Source: an uncultured Gemmatimonadales bacterium
GTDB lineage: Bacteria > Gemmatimonadota > Gemmatimonadetes > Gemmatimonadales > GWC2-71-9
Reading direction: 5' to 3'
DNA: 64,000 nucleotides
NCBI GenBank assembly: GCA_963771275.1
Contig: CAVYSW010000003.1
Coordinates: 992,001-1,056,000 of the forward strand
The position numbers were made by a program, and so were the translations under genes. The notes beneath the pieces were generated by a model, which saw only the letters and a program-made list of their open reading frames with translations, was not told the origin of the DNA and did no database searches. This document shows, piece after piece, positions 43,916 to 52,013 of the stretch. Every line of letters starts with the position of its first letter. Position 1 is the first letter of the stretch.

Positions 43916-44506
43916 GTGACTGACCCCCTGCTCACCCTCCGCGACTACCGCCGGTTCGCACCGTGGAATGTGCGCGACCTCGCCGCCACGGCGGGCGCCA
44001 TCCTAGCCCGCTCGCGCGTGCGGCCGATCGCGGCGTCGGCGAGCGCCGCCCCGGCCGAGCGCACCATCCGGTTCTACGTCGCGCGGGGCTTGCTGGGCCG
44101 GCCCGAGGGGCGCGGCACGGCGGCCGCCTATTCCTACCGCCACCTGCTCCAGGTGCTGGCGATCAAGCTCCGCCAGATGGAAGGGGCCACGCTCAAGACG
44201 ATCGCGCGCGAGCTGGGCGAGTCCACGGGCGACGTGCTCGAGCGCCGCGTGGCGGCGGCCCTGGGCGACCGGCTGCCCACGCCCGACGAGTTGCCGGTGG
44301 CGGCGGCCGGTCGCGCATTCCATCAGGGCCCCGCCTCGGCGGACGCGCCGTCCCCCGGGCCCTGCTGGCGGCGCATCGAGGTGGCGCCGGGGGTCGAGCT
44401 CCATCTCAGCACGGCGTACCCGCTCGCCGCCTCCTCTGAGGTCGCCGACGCGGCCGCCGCCGCCGTGCGGACCGCGCTCGCCGCCGCCGCCCGCCGCAGC
44501 TCCTGA
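43916..44506 (+). CDS. MerR-type HTH transcriptional regulator
   Basis: ERTIRFYVARGLLGRP...YSYRHLLQV...GATLKTI; C-terminal WRRIEVAPGVELH. Confidence 0.8.
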   Translation: MTDPLLTLRDYRRFAPWNVRDLAATAGAILARSRVRPIAASASAAPAERTIRFYVARGLLGRPEGRGTAAAYSYRHLLQVLAIKLRQMEGATLKTIARELGESTGDVLERRVAAALGDRLPTPDELPVAAAGRAFHQGPASADAPSPGPCWRRIEVAPGVELHLSTAYPLAASSEVADAAAAAVRTALAAAARRSS

Positions 44507-44572
44507 CGCCCGGCTCTTGCGGCGCTGGCCGCGCCAGTCACTTTTCACGGCATCCACACTCCGGAGTCCACG

Positions 44573-45160
44573 ATGTTCTGGATCCTGTTGATCGTACTCG
44601 CGGTCGTGATTGCCTGGGCGATCGCCGCCTATAACAAGCTGATCGCCCTGAAGGGCCAGACGCTCAACGCGTGGAAGCAGATCGACGTCCAGCTCAAGCG
44701 CCGGCACGATCTGATTCCCAACCTCGTGAACGCGGTCAAGGGCGCGATGGACTTCGAGAAGGAGACCCTCGAGGCCGTCATCCAGGCGCGCAACAGCGCG
44801 CTCCGGGCGCAACAGCAGGCGACGCCGACTGGTGGGGTCCAGGCGCTCGCCCAGGCCGAGGCGCAGCTTGGCGCCGCGCTCTCGCGGCTCAACGTCGTGG
44901 TCGAGCAATACCCGCAACTCAAGGCCACGGCCAACATCGGCCAACTGCAGGAAGAGCTCACGTCGACGGAGAATCGGGTCGCGTTCGCGCGGCAGCTCTA
45001 CAACGACACCGCAACCGACTACAACGTCAAGCAGCAGCAGTTCCCGTGGAGCCTCGTCACCGGCCTCGCGAAGGCCGAGCCCGTCGAGCTGTGGGAGATT
45101 CAGGAGCCGGGTGATCGTGATCTGCCCACGGTGGATCTCTCGATGAAGCCGAAGGCGTGA
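44573..45160 (+). CDS. lemA: LemA family protein
   Basis: N-terminal TM, AWKQIDVQLKRRHDLIPNLV, EQYPQLKA, TENRVAFARQLYN. Confidence 0.93.
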   Translation: MFWILLIVLAVVIAWAIAAYNKLIALKGQTLNAWKQIDVQLKRRHDLIPNLVNAVKGAMDFEKETLEAVIQARNSALRAQQQATPTGGVQALAQAEAQLGAALSRLNVVVEQYPQLKATANIGQLQEELTSTENRVAFARQLYNDTATDYNVKQQQFPWSLVTGLAKAEPVELWEIQEPGDRDLPTVDLSMKPKA

Positions 45161-46176
45161 GCGAAGCCAGCCTTTTCGCCCAGCAGGAGCGCAATCGGCA
45201 CCGCTCGACGCTGCTCGTCGTGGTGTTCGTGCTGTTCTTCGCGTGGATCGGCTTCGGCGCCGACTACATCCTCCATCTGAGCACGGCCGATGCGCCGCCG
45301 AACGCCTACCACCACCGCATTCCGTTCGCCGGCCTCGCCGCCTGCGCGCTCGCCCTGGGGATGGCGTGGTTCAGCTGGCGGCGCGGGGCGCAGCAGGTGC
45401 TCTGGTCGACGCGCGCCTGGGAGCTGGTGAACGCGTCGACGCCCGAAGAGCAGCAGCTCGTCAACGTCGTGGAGGAGATGGCGATCGCGTCGGGACTGCC
45501 GAAGCCGAAGATCTGGATCGTGCCGGACGACGATCCCAACGCGTTCGCCACCGGCACCGACGAGCGTCACGCGCACCTCGCCGTGACCCAGGGGTTGCTC
45601 ACGACGCTGAGCCGTGACGAGCTGCAGGGCGTCGTGGCGCATGAGATGGCGCACATCAAGAACTACGACGTGCGCCTGATGACCTTGCTCGCGGCGCTGG
45701 TGGGGGTGCTGGCGCTGATTTCCGACGCCACGATGCGGTTCCTCTGGTTCGGCGGTGGCCGGGGCCGGGGCGGCGGCTCGAAGAAGGGCGGCAGCGGGCC
45801 GCTGCTGGCCATCCTGCTCGTCGTCTGGCTCATCACGGTGCTCCTGGCGCCCGTCGTCTCGCGGCTGCTCGCAATGGCCGTGAGCCGGAAGCGCGAGTAC
45901 CTCGCCGACGCCACCGGTGCGCAGTTCACCCGCAATCCCGGCGGTCTCGCCGGCGCGCTCGAGAAGATCGACGCCGCGGTAGCACCCACCAAGTCCATCA
46001 AGTGGGGCACCGCCCACCTCTGCATCACCGATCCGCTCGGCCGCCGGATCAACGCCAGGCAGGGCGCCGTCGCGAACCTGCTCGCCACGCATCCCCCGAT
46101 GGCCGTGCGGATCGCGCGGCTCAAGCAGATGGCCTACCAGTACCAGAAGACGGGGGTGCTGCCGGACGAGGGCTGA
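45157..46176 (+). CDS. htpX: HtpX-like M48 zinc metalloprotease
   Basis: PNAFATG, HEMAH, SRKREYLAD, THPP; translationally coupled to lemA. Confidence 0.9.
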   Translation: MSEASLFAQQERNRHRSTLLVVVFVLFFAWIGFGADYILHLSTADAPPNAYHHRIPFAGLAACALALGMAWFSWRRGAQQVLWSTRAWELVNASTPEEQQLVNVVEEMAIASGLPKPKIWIVPDDDPNAFATGTDERHAHLAVTQGLLTTLSRDELQGVVAHEMAHIKNYDVRLMTLLAALVGVLALISDATMRFLWFGGGRGRGGGSKKGGSGPLLAILLVVWLITVLLAPVVSRLLAMAVSRKREYLADATGAQFTRNPGGLAGALEKIDAAVAPTKSIKWGTAHLCITDPLGRRINARQGAVANLLATHPPMAVRIARLKQMAYQYQKTGVLPDEG

Positions 46177-46208
46177 GCGGGGGGGGAGCCATGGCTGTTG
46201 AGCTAATG

Positions 46209-46249
46209 TGTTGCTATTATTGATATTATATCATAAGCCGCTTATGATA
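46209..46249. other. AT-rich dif-like 28-mer overlapping a 10-bp palindrome
   Basis: TGTTGCTATTA-TTGATA-TTATATCATAA (11-6-11) and TATCATAAGC-c-GCTTATGATA. Confidence 0.4.
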
Positions 46250-46570
46250 CTGCGTGCGCGAAGGTTCCAGCGCGCGCTGCGCGCCACCCTCGCGGCGACG
46301 CCCAACGACGAGCGCTACCTCGTGGGGGCCGCCATGCATTTCGCCCCCACTTCGACCCGCTACAGCGACGCCAAGCACACGTGGGGCGACCAGCCCGTGA
46401 TGCCACGTGGCCATGAGAGCCTCACTGCCCAGGGTGTCGTGCCGCACTACGGCGCGCCAGGCGGCGTGCTGTCACGCGTCGCCGACGCACCCGTCGAACG
46501 GCCCCACGAGGGCGGGTAGCCCGCTCCCCGCACCATTGCCCCCCCATCGATCGGCGCGCACACTATCCGC

Positions 46571-48055
46571 GTGACCCCGCTCGACTGGGTGCTCCTGGCC
46601 ACGGCCGCCTTGCTCGCCGCCGGCCTCTCGCTCTGGCTCGTGCGGCGCACCCGCGAGGCGATCCGGGCCTGGTTCCGTCGGGCCGTGCTGCGCGTCGTGC
46701 ACCGCTTCCGCGTACGGCTCGACCGCTACAAGCTGGTGCGCCGGCAGACGGTGCGGGACGAGCTGCTGCTCGACGACCAAGTCCACGCCGCCATCCGGGA
46801 GCACTGCCGGACGCACGGCCTGTCCGAGGTCGAGGTGCGGGCCCGGGTCGAGGCGTACATCCACGAGATCGTCCCGTTCTTCAACGTCCTGTCGTACTAT
46901 CGGATCGGCTACAACCTCGCCCGCCTGCTGATCAACCTGCTCTACCGGGTGAGCGTCGCGCACGCCGACCGCCGGGCCCTCGACAACATCCCGCGCCGCG
47001 ACGTGGTCGTCTACCTGATGAACCACCGCTCGAACGCGGACTACGTCGTGCTGGCCTATGTGCTGGCCGAAGGGGTGAGCATCAGCTACGCCGTCGGCGA
47101 ATGGGCGCGGGTCTGGCCCCTGGAGTACGTGTTCAAGTCGTTCGGCTCCTATTTCATCCGCCGCCGCTACCGCGAGCCGCTGTACCACGCGGTGCTCGAG
47201 CGCTACGTGGAGCTGATCACGCGGAACGGGGTGACGCAGGGCGTCTTCCTCGAGGGCGGCCTGAGCAGGGACGGCGCGCTCCGCCCCGCGAAGATCGGGC
47301 TGCTCGACTACATCGCCCGCACGCTGCGGGAAGATGAGTTCGACCGCGATATCTGGCTGGTGCCGGTCGCGCTCAACTACGACCGCGTGCTCGAGGACCG
47401 CTCGCTCATCCGGGAGCTCGCCGAGGGCGTCGAGCGAACGGGCCGGGCGCGCCGGCTCGGCGGCGTCGCGCACTACTTCGGCTGGAACGTCCTCCGGCTG
47501 CTGACCGGCCGGCTGCAGCGCTATGGACGCGCGGCGGTGAACTTCGGGACGCCGCTCTCGGTGCGCGCCTGGGTCGCCGGCCGGCCGGGTGTGCTCGACC
47601 TCAAGCGCGAGGAGCGCCTGCCACAGATCCAGCACCTGGCCGATACGATGCTCGCCCGGATCGCCGACATCGTGCCGGTCACCGCCGTGCCGCTCACGGC
47701 CGCCGCGCTGCTCGCGTTCGGTGAGACTGCCGTGCGGCATGGTGACCTCGTCGCCAAGATCGCCACCTACCGCGACCACCTGCTGGAACGCGACGCCAAG
47801 CTGGTCCACGCGGAGCAGGATGCGACGGCGATCCTCGACCGGGCGTGGCGCACGTTCCGCATGCGCCGCCTGGTCGTGCGGGACGGCGACACCTACGTCA
47901 TCCTGCCGTCCCACCGACCGCTGCTCGAGTACTACGCCAACACGATTCGCCACCTGCTGCCGCGCGAGCGGCGCGTGAGCGAGCCACATCCGGCGCGGGA
48001 GATGGACGAGTCGCTGCCCAGACTGCGCCGGTCGGAGGACGGCCTGAAGGCGTGA
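46571..48055 (+). CDS. Glycerol-3-phosphate acyltransferase (PlsB-like)
   Basis: HX4D motif NHRSNAD, FIRR, FLEGGLSRDG, VPVALNYD. Confidence 0.88.
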   Translation: MTPLDWVLLATAALLAAGLSLWLVRRTREAIRAWFRRAVLRVVHRFRVRLDRYKLVRRQTVRDELLLDDQVHAAIREHCRTHGLSEVEVRARVEAYIHEIVPFFNVLSYYRIGYNLARLLINLLYRVSVAHADRRALDNIPRRDVVVYLMNHRSNADYVVLAYVLAEGVSISYAVGEWARVWPLEYVFKSFGSYFIRRRYREPLYHAVLERYVELITRNGVTQGVFLEGGLSRDGALRPAKIGLLDYIARTLREDEFDRDIWLVPVALNYDRVLEDRSLIRELAEGVERTGRARRLGGVAHYFGWNVLRLLTGRLQRYGRAAVNFGTPLSVRAWVAGRPGVLDLKREERLPQIQHLADTMLARIADIVPVTAVPLTAAALLAFGETAVRHGDLVAKIATYRDHLLERDAKLVHAEQDATAILDRAWRTFRMRRLVVRDGDTYVILPSHRPLLEYYANTIRHLLPRERRVSEPHPAREMDESLPRLRRSEDGLKA

Positions 48056-48166
48056 CGCGTCGTTTTGCACCGGCGTGCATCCATCCCGTACGCTCGACCG
48101 GAGCGGCGCCTCGTAGGTTGCTCCATCCCGTTATCCCGTGATCCCACCATCGCCTATCTTCCTGCC

Positions 48167-49150
48167 ATGTCCACTCCCGTGAACATCCCGGCTCTCACCG
48201 TCGGTGAGCGGGTCCAGGGCGCGTTTCTGGTGCTTGACGTGGAACAGCACACACCGGAAACCGCCAATCCGTTCACCGTGCTCCGGCTCGGCAACCACAC
48301 GGGCGCGATCCCAAGTGAGCCCTTCTGGCTCGAGCGCGCCGCCGAGATCGCGGGGCTGCGCCGCGGGCATGTGGTGCAGGTGATCGGCGAGGTCGCGGAG
48401 TATCGCGAGCGCAAGCAGCTCAAGGTGACCTCGATCCGCGCGCTTCCCGCGGGCATGGTGGAGCTGGCCACGCTGCTGCCGTCGGTGGGTCCTGTCGAGC
48501 GCTACTGGGAGACGCTGGACGGCTGGCGGCGCGAGATCGCCAAGCCACGGCTCGCGCACGTGCTCGCCCTGTTCTACGAGGACGGTGACTTCCGCCGCGC
48601 CTACGAGCAGTGCCCGGCGGCGGTGCACGGGCACCACGCCGTCCTGGGCGGCTTGCTCAAGCACACCATCGAGGTGGCGGCGATCGCCCGCACGATCGCA
48701 CGGGCCTGCGGCGCGGACTGGGACCTCGTGCTTGCCGGCACGCTGCTGCACGACATCGGCAAGATCGAGGCGTACCGTTGGGACGGGCTGTTCGACCACA
48801 CCGCCGTCGGACGCCTGCTGGGGCACGTGGTGCTCGGCGCGTTGATGCTCGATCGGCGGCTGCACGAGGTGCGCGAGCCCCCCTGCACCATGCTGGAGCG
48901 CGACCTCCTGCTGCACATCGTCCTGGCGCACCACGGCCGGCTCGAGTTCGGCAGTCCCGTGCAGCCCATGCTGCTGGAGGCCGAGGTGATCCACTGGGCC
49001 GACAACGCGAGCGCCAAGACCGCGAGCTTTGCCGAAGCGCTGGCCGACGTGGAGGAGTTCCCCGATGGCCTGCTCTCGAGACCGGTGTGGGCGCTCGATC
49101 GACGGCGGGTTTTCAGGGGGACGAGCGACTGGGGGGGCCCGGGGGGGTGA
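48167..49150 (+). CDS. YhaM/Cbf1-like 3'-5' exoribonuclease (OB-fold + HD domain)
   Basis: N-terminal OB fold, PAAVHGHH...GGLLKHT, LLHDIGKI, LGHV, AHHGRLEFGSPVQP, HWADN. Confidence 0.87.
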   Translation: MSTPVNIPALTVGERVQGAFLVLDVEQHTPETANPFTVLRLGNHTGAIPSEPFWLERAAEIAGLRRGHVVQVIGEVAEYRERKQLKVTSIRALPAGMVELATLLPSVGPVERYWETLDGWRREIAKPRLAHVLALFYEDGDFRRAYEQCPAAVHGHHAVLGGLLKHTIEVAAIARTIARACGADWDLVLAGTLLHDIGKIEAYRWDGLFDHTAVGRLLGHVVLGALMLDRRLHEVREPPCTMLERDLLLHIVLAHHGRLEFGSPVQPMLLEAEVIHWADNASAKTASFAEALADVEEFPDGLLSRPVWALDRRRVFRGTSDWGGPGG

Positions 49151-49355
49151 CCTCAGCCGCCAACCGTTCTACGGCCCGCTCACCCCGGGTCACGGCCCGC
49201 AGGATGGCCAGGCCGAGCGGCTTGGCGGGCGGTGCTGCATCGCGCAGCAGCAGCTGCACGGCACAGCGGATCGCCGACAACGCCGCTCGCAGCTCCGCCA
49301 GCGCCGCGCGGCGCATGGCCACTCTGCCTTTCGGCATCAAGTACCGGGGTCCCAT
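49113..49355 (-). CDS. Possible small helical protein resembling a His-less HisKA/DHp domain
   Basis: ALAELRAALSAIRCAVQLL...AILRAVTRGERAVERL; extended -10 TGnTACCAT 6 nt before ATG 49355; overlaps the end of the YhaM-like gene. Confidence 0.4.
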   Translation of the reverse strand: MGPRYLMPKGRVAMRRAALAELRAALSAIRCAVQLLLRDAAPPAKPLGLAILRAVTRGERAVERLAAEVTPPGPPSRSSP

Positions 49356-49438
49356 GTCACGATGGTAACAGGCGGCCAACAGCCGCACGCCATCGTTCCT
49401 TCGCGGCGCGCAGCACTCGATCACACGGGGTTCACCAC

Positions 49439-49479
49439 AAAACGAAACGGCGGGCCGACCCTTGCGGGCTGCCCGCCGT
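49439..49479 (-). terminator. Intrinsic terminator of the candidate ncRNA
   Basis: ACGGCGGGC...GCCCGCCGT stem followed by TTCGTTTT on the minus strand. Confidence 0.75.
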
Positions 49480-49867
49480 CTCCGCACCAGTTACCCGGAG
49501 TCAGGGGATTCACTCCCTCTGTTCTTCTCCCCGTCGCCGCCGCGTGGACTGATGCGTCTGCGGTTGAGCGTCCGGGGGCTCCGGCTTCCATCCCCAAGCA
49601 GCCTGGCCGGGCCGCGAGGTTCGCCGGTGCGAGCGCTGCGAGTCGGATCGCGTCGCGGAGCGACCCTTCGCACTGCACGCCGAGGCGCCGCGTCGGCGTG
49701 GATGAGGCACGCGACTGGCCTCACCTGCCCGGGTCGGAGTCGCCACCCGGATCATCGGACGCCTGAGCCCTTGATTGCGTCGGCGCCCTCCCCGGAATTC
49801 CCGCCCGAGCCGTCACATAGGGCGTAATCGAGATAGAGAATCCCGACCCTTCCCCCGTGCAACCGCA
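49439..49867 (-). ncRNA. Large structured non-coding RNA candidate (raiA-motif-like)
   Basis: No credible ORF; promoter upstream and intrinsic terminator downstream; multiple perfect hairpins, long-range helices and loop-loop complementarity. Confidence 0.65.
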
Positions 49868-49871
49868 TGCC

Positions 49872-49899
49872 AATATAGGGGCGCGCCCGGACCCCGCAA
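49872..49899 (-). promoter_or_regulatory. sigma70-like promoter of the candidate ncRNA
   Basis: Minus strand TTGCGG-16 nt-TATATT. Confidence 0.5.
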
Positions 49900-49931
49900 G
49901 CGCCGCTGTTCCTTCGGTTTACGCCGCTTCA

Positions 49932-50049
49932 TGTGCATAAGATGTTGATCGCTAAACACCACGGCTCCGCGTGGTTGTGCCGCCTGTCCACAGGCTGTGG
50001 ACTTGTCGAGAACGGGCTGCTGGGGCCGTCAACATGATGTCGTGGACAA
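49932..50049. promoter_or_regulatory. Cluster of DnaA-box-like 9-mers
   Basis: TTATGCACA (minus, 49932-49940), CTGTCCACA (plus, 49984-49992), AAGTCCACA (minus, 49996-50004), TTGTCCACG (minus, 50041-50049). Confidence 0.45.
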
Positions 50050-50090
50050 CCTGGCGTCCCGACCTGGAAGGACCGGGCTGCAGAGCCGGT

Positions 50091-50636
50091 TTACTGGGTC
50101 ACGACGGGCAGTTTGAAGCCCATGGCGGCGGCGAAGCGCGCGGCAGCGGATTGGTACACGGCGAGCAGATGCTGCACTTGGGCGGTGCGGTAGCGAGCCC
50201 ACTCGCGCACCGTGTCGGCTTGGGCCCCCGGCCCCGCTGGGCCAAGCCCGCGCACGCACTCTTGATCGAGGCCGGTGTCGAGTGCGCGAATCGCCATCCC
50301 GAGCGAGTCCCTCGCCGCGGCAAGTCGGACGCCTCCGCGCGCGCGCGCGAGGGCGGGGAGCGCCTCACGCAGCGGCGGGCGCGCCGCGGCGCAGGTGCGG
50401 GACAGGCGCTCCGCCTTCGCCAGCACCGTCGCGTCTCCCGCGGTCTGCAGGTCGCGTCGCAGCTCGTTGGCGCTGGTGGAGACGGCGTTCAATGCGTCGC
50501 GCAGCCCCTCGAGCATCCCGCGGTAGTACTGCGCCGCGCTGTCGAGTGGGGGGTCCTGCCTGGGGGGCGTCACCACCTGCAGCGCCTGCGACGAGGCCGG
50601 CCCGAGCACCGCGAGCAACAGGACCCAGGGCCTCAC
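50091..50636 (-). CDS. Secreted hypothetical helical protein
   Basis: Signal peptide, two Cys, start overlaps upstream stop (GTGA). Confidence 0.7.
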   Translation of the reverse strand: MRPWVLLLAVLGPASSQALQVVTPPRQDPPLDSAAQYYRGMLEGLRDALNAVSTSANELRRDLQTAGDATVLAKAERLSRTCAAARPPLREALPALARARGGVRLAAARDSLGMAIRALDTGLDQECVRGLGPAGPGAQADTVREWARYRTAQVQHLLAVYQSAAARFAAAMGFKLPVVTQ

Positions 50637-51250
50637 GTCTCGCCGCCCACTTCCTCGTACACGAACGGATCACCGCCGCGGCGCGGCGCGAACAGCATGC
50701 CGGCGGCGCTGACCGCGAACCAGCCGGCGATCAGTTGATTGGAGACCTGCGGTGGCTGTCCGTGAAACAGGGCGGCGAGCCAGCGTCTGACGTGGCGCAG
50801 CTCGGGCGCGCGCTTCGACAGCGCCGAAAGAACGGCCCCGCCGCCTTGAGTAGCCCGGAGGAAGTGGGCCAGCGCGTGTGCCCGCTGCGCGAACTCGAAC
50901 GCCCGGACGCCGGGCTCGTCATACAACAGGCTGCCTTCGTAGGGATCGGCGGGCGGTGCGTCCATCCGGGGCCCGATGTAGACGAACACCCGCCGGCCAT
51001 CGCGGCGTCGCTCGACCATCGCCGCGGCGGTCTCTCCGAGACGGGCCGCATGGACGTGGTCGTCCTCATTGAGGATCCCGACTGCCAGGGTCCACTCCAG
51101 CACGGCCAGCGCGTTATGCAGGGGACAGCCGACCTCGTCGTCGTACGCCACCAAGCGCGGCGCCTCTCCGGCCCGCTGGAAAAAATGCCCCAGCGCGTCC
51201 CCCCGATCGGTGAAGGTGAGCGTCGTGCGTGTCGCGGCTGGTACGGTCAT
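50633..51250 (-). CDS. Hypothetical protein with internal duplication
   Basis: ATG 51250; FTDRGDALGHFF / FAQRAHALAHFL repeat. Confidence 0.75.
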   Translation of the reverse strand: MTVPAATRTTLTFTDRGDALGHFFQRAGEAPRLVAYDDEVGCPLHNALAVLEWTLAVGILNEDDHVHAARLGETAAAMVERRRDGRRVFVYIGPRMDAPPADPYEGSLLYDEPGVRAFEFAQRAHALAHFLRATQGGGAVLSALSKRAPELRHVRRWLAALFHGQPPQVSNQLIAGWFAVSAAGMLFAPRRGGDPFVYEEVGGET

Positions 51251-51343
51251 GGCCCGAACAACATAACTACCCCTACCCCCCACCAGTAGATCGACCGGCC
51301 GCTCCGCGTGGACGCCGTGTTCCGGGCGCGATAGCTTGAGTGC

Positions 51344-51928
51344 ATGCGCCCGCTGCTCCTGCTCGGCCTGCTCGTGCTGGCCGGTGGCCGCCCCCTCCTC
51401 GCACAGCGCGACTCCGTGCTCGCGCACCGCTGGGTGGGCCTCCATCTCCGGCAGCCCCTCGAGTTCGAGTTCTACGGTGACACGATGCTCGTGGTGAACG
51501 ACGAGCACGTGCTCAACTTCCGGCTCACGAACGACTCGCTCATCGCCACCGGTGACACGTCGGTGATCGGTCGCTACCGGCTCGTGCTCAGCCGCCTGCT
51601 GTTCGAGACGTCCGAGGAGTTGGTGACGATGGCGATGCAGAGCCCGCTCGCCCGGCCCCTCACCGGCCACTGGACCGGTCCGCTCGGCACCAGCACCGCG
51701 AACGACGCGGAGCTGATCATCTTCACCTCGGGAATCGCCCGCTGGCGGCAGCTCCCCAACGGGCGATGGACGGACGGGGAGTGGGACCGGGAAACGCGCC
51801 TGATCACGTTCACGTGGGCCGACAGCACCGAATGGCACGGGCAGTACGATCCGGTCGGCAACGCGATCCTGTTCGAGCGGACCGTCGAGGGAGGCGAGAG
51901 CACGATCCTGCGCCGCTTCTTCCGCTAG
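51344..51928 (+). CDS. Secreted hypothetical beta-rich protein
   Basis: Signal peptide; two W-x-G-initiated beta modules. Confidence 0.72.
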   Translation: MRPLLLLGLLVLAGGRPLLAQRDSVLAHRWVGLHLRQPLEFEFYGDTMLVVNDEHVLNFRLTNDSLIATGDTSVIGRYRLVLSRLLFETSEELVTMAMQSPLARPLTGHWTGPLGTSTANDAELIIFTSGIARWRQLPNGRWTDGEWDRETRLITFTWADSTEWHGQYDPVGNAILFERTVEGGESTILRRFFR

Positions 51929-52013
51929 CCACACGATTTCCCGCATTGCCTCCGCGCCGCCCGCAGGCTAATCTTGCCTCGCCCGCCCCGCATCTGACTG
52001 GGAGACCGCCGTC

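Noticed and set aside
46208..46519. 103-aa ORF beginning in the AT-rich patch
   Set aside because: The start lies within the dif-like or palindromic element, with no RBS or recognisable family; possibly a decayed fragment
49421..49827. Short ORFs on both strands across the ncRNA region
   Set aside because: No recognisable motifs, RBS or GC3-type codon bias; the dense base-pairing explains the sequence better
49439..49867. tmRNA, RNase P RNA, SRP RNA or cobalamin riboswitch identity
   Set aside because: No tRNA-like ends or T-loop, no GAGGAAAGUCC, no SRP domain IV motif, no B12 box GCCACUG
49857..49873. sigma54-like motif TGGCATGCGGTTGCA upstream of the ncRNA
   Set aside because: Spacing is GG-N9-GC rather than the required GG-N10-GC; the sigma70-like element fits better
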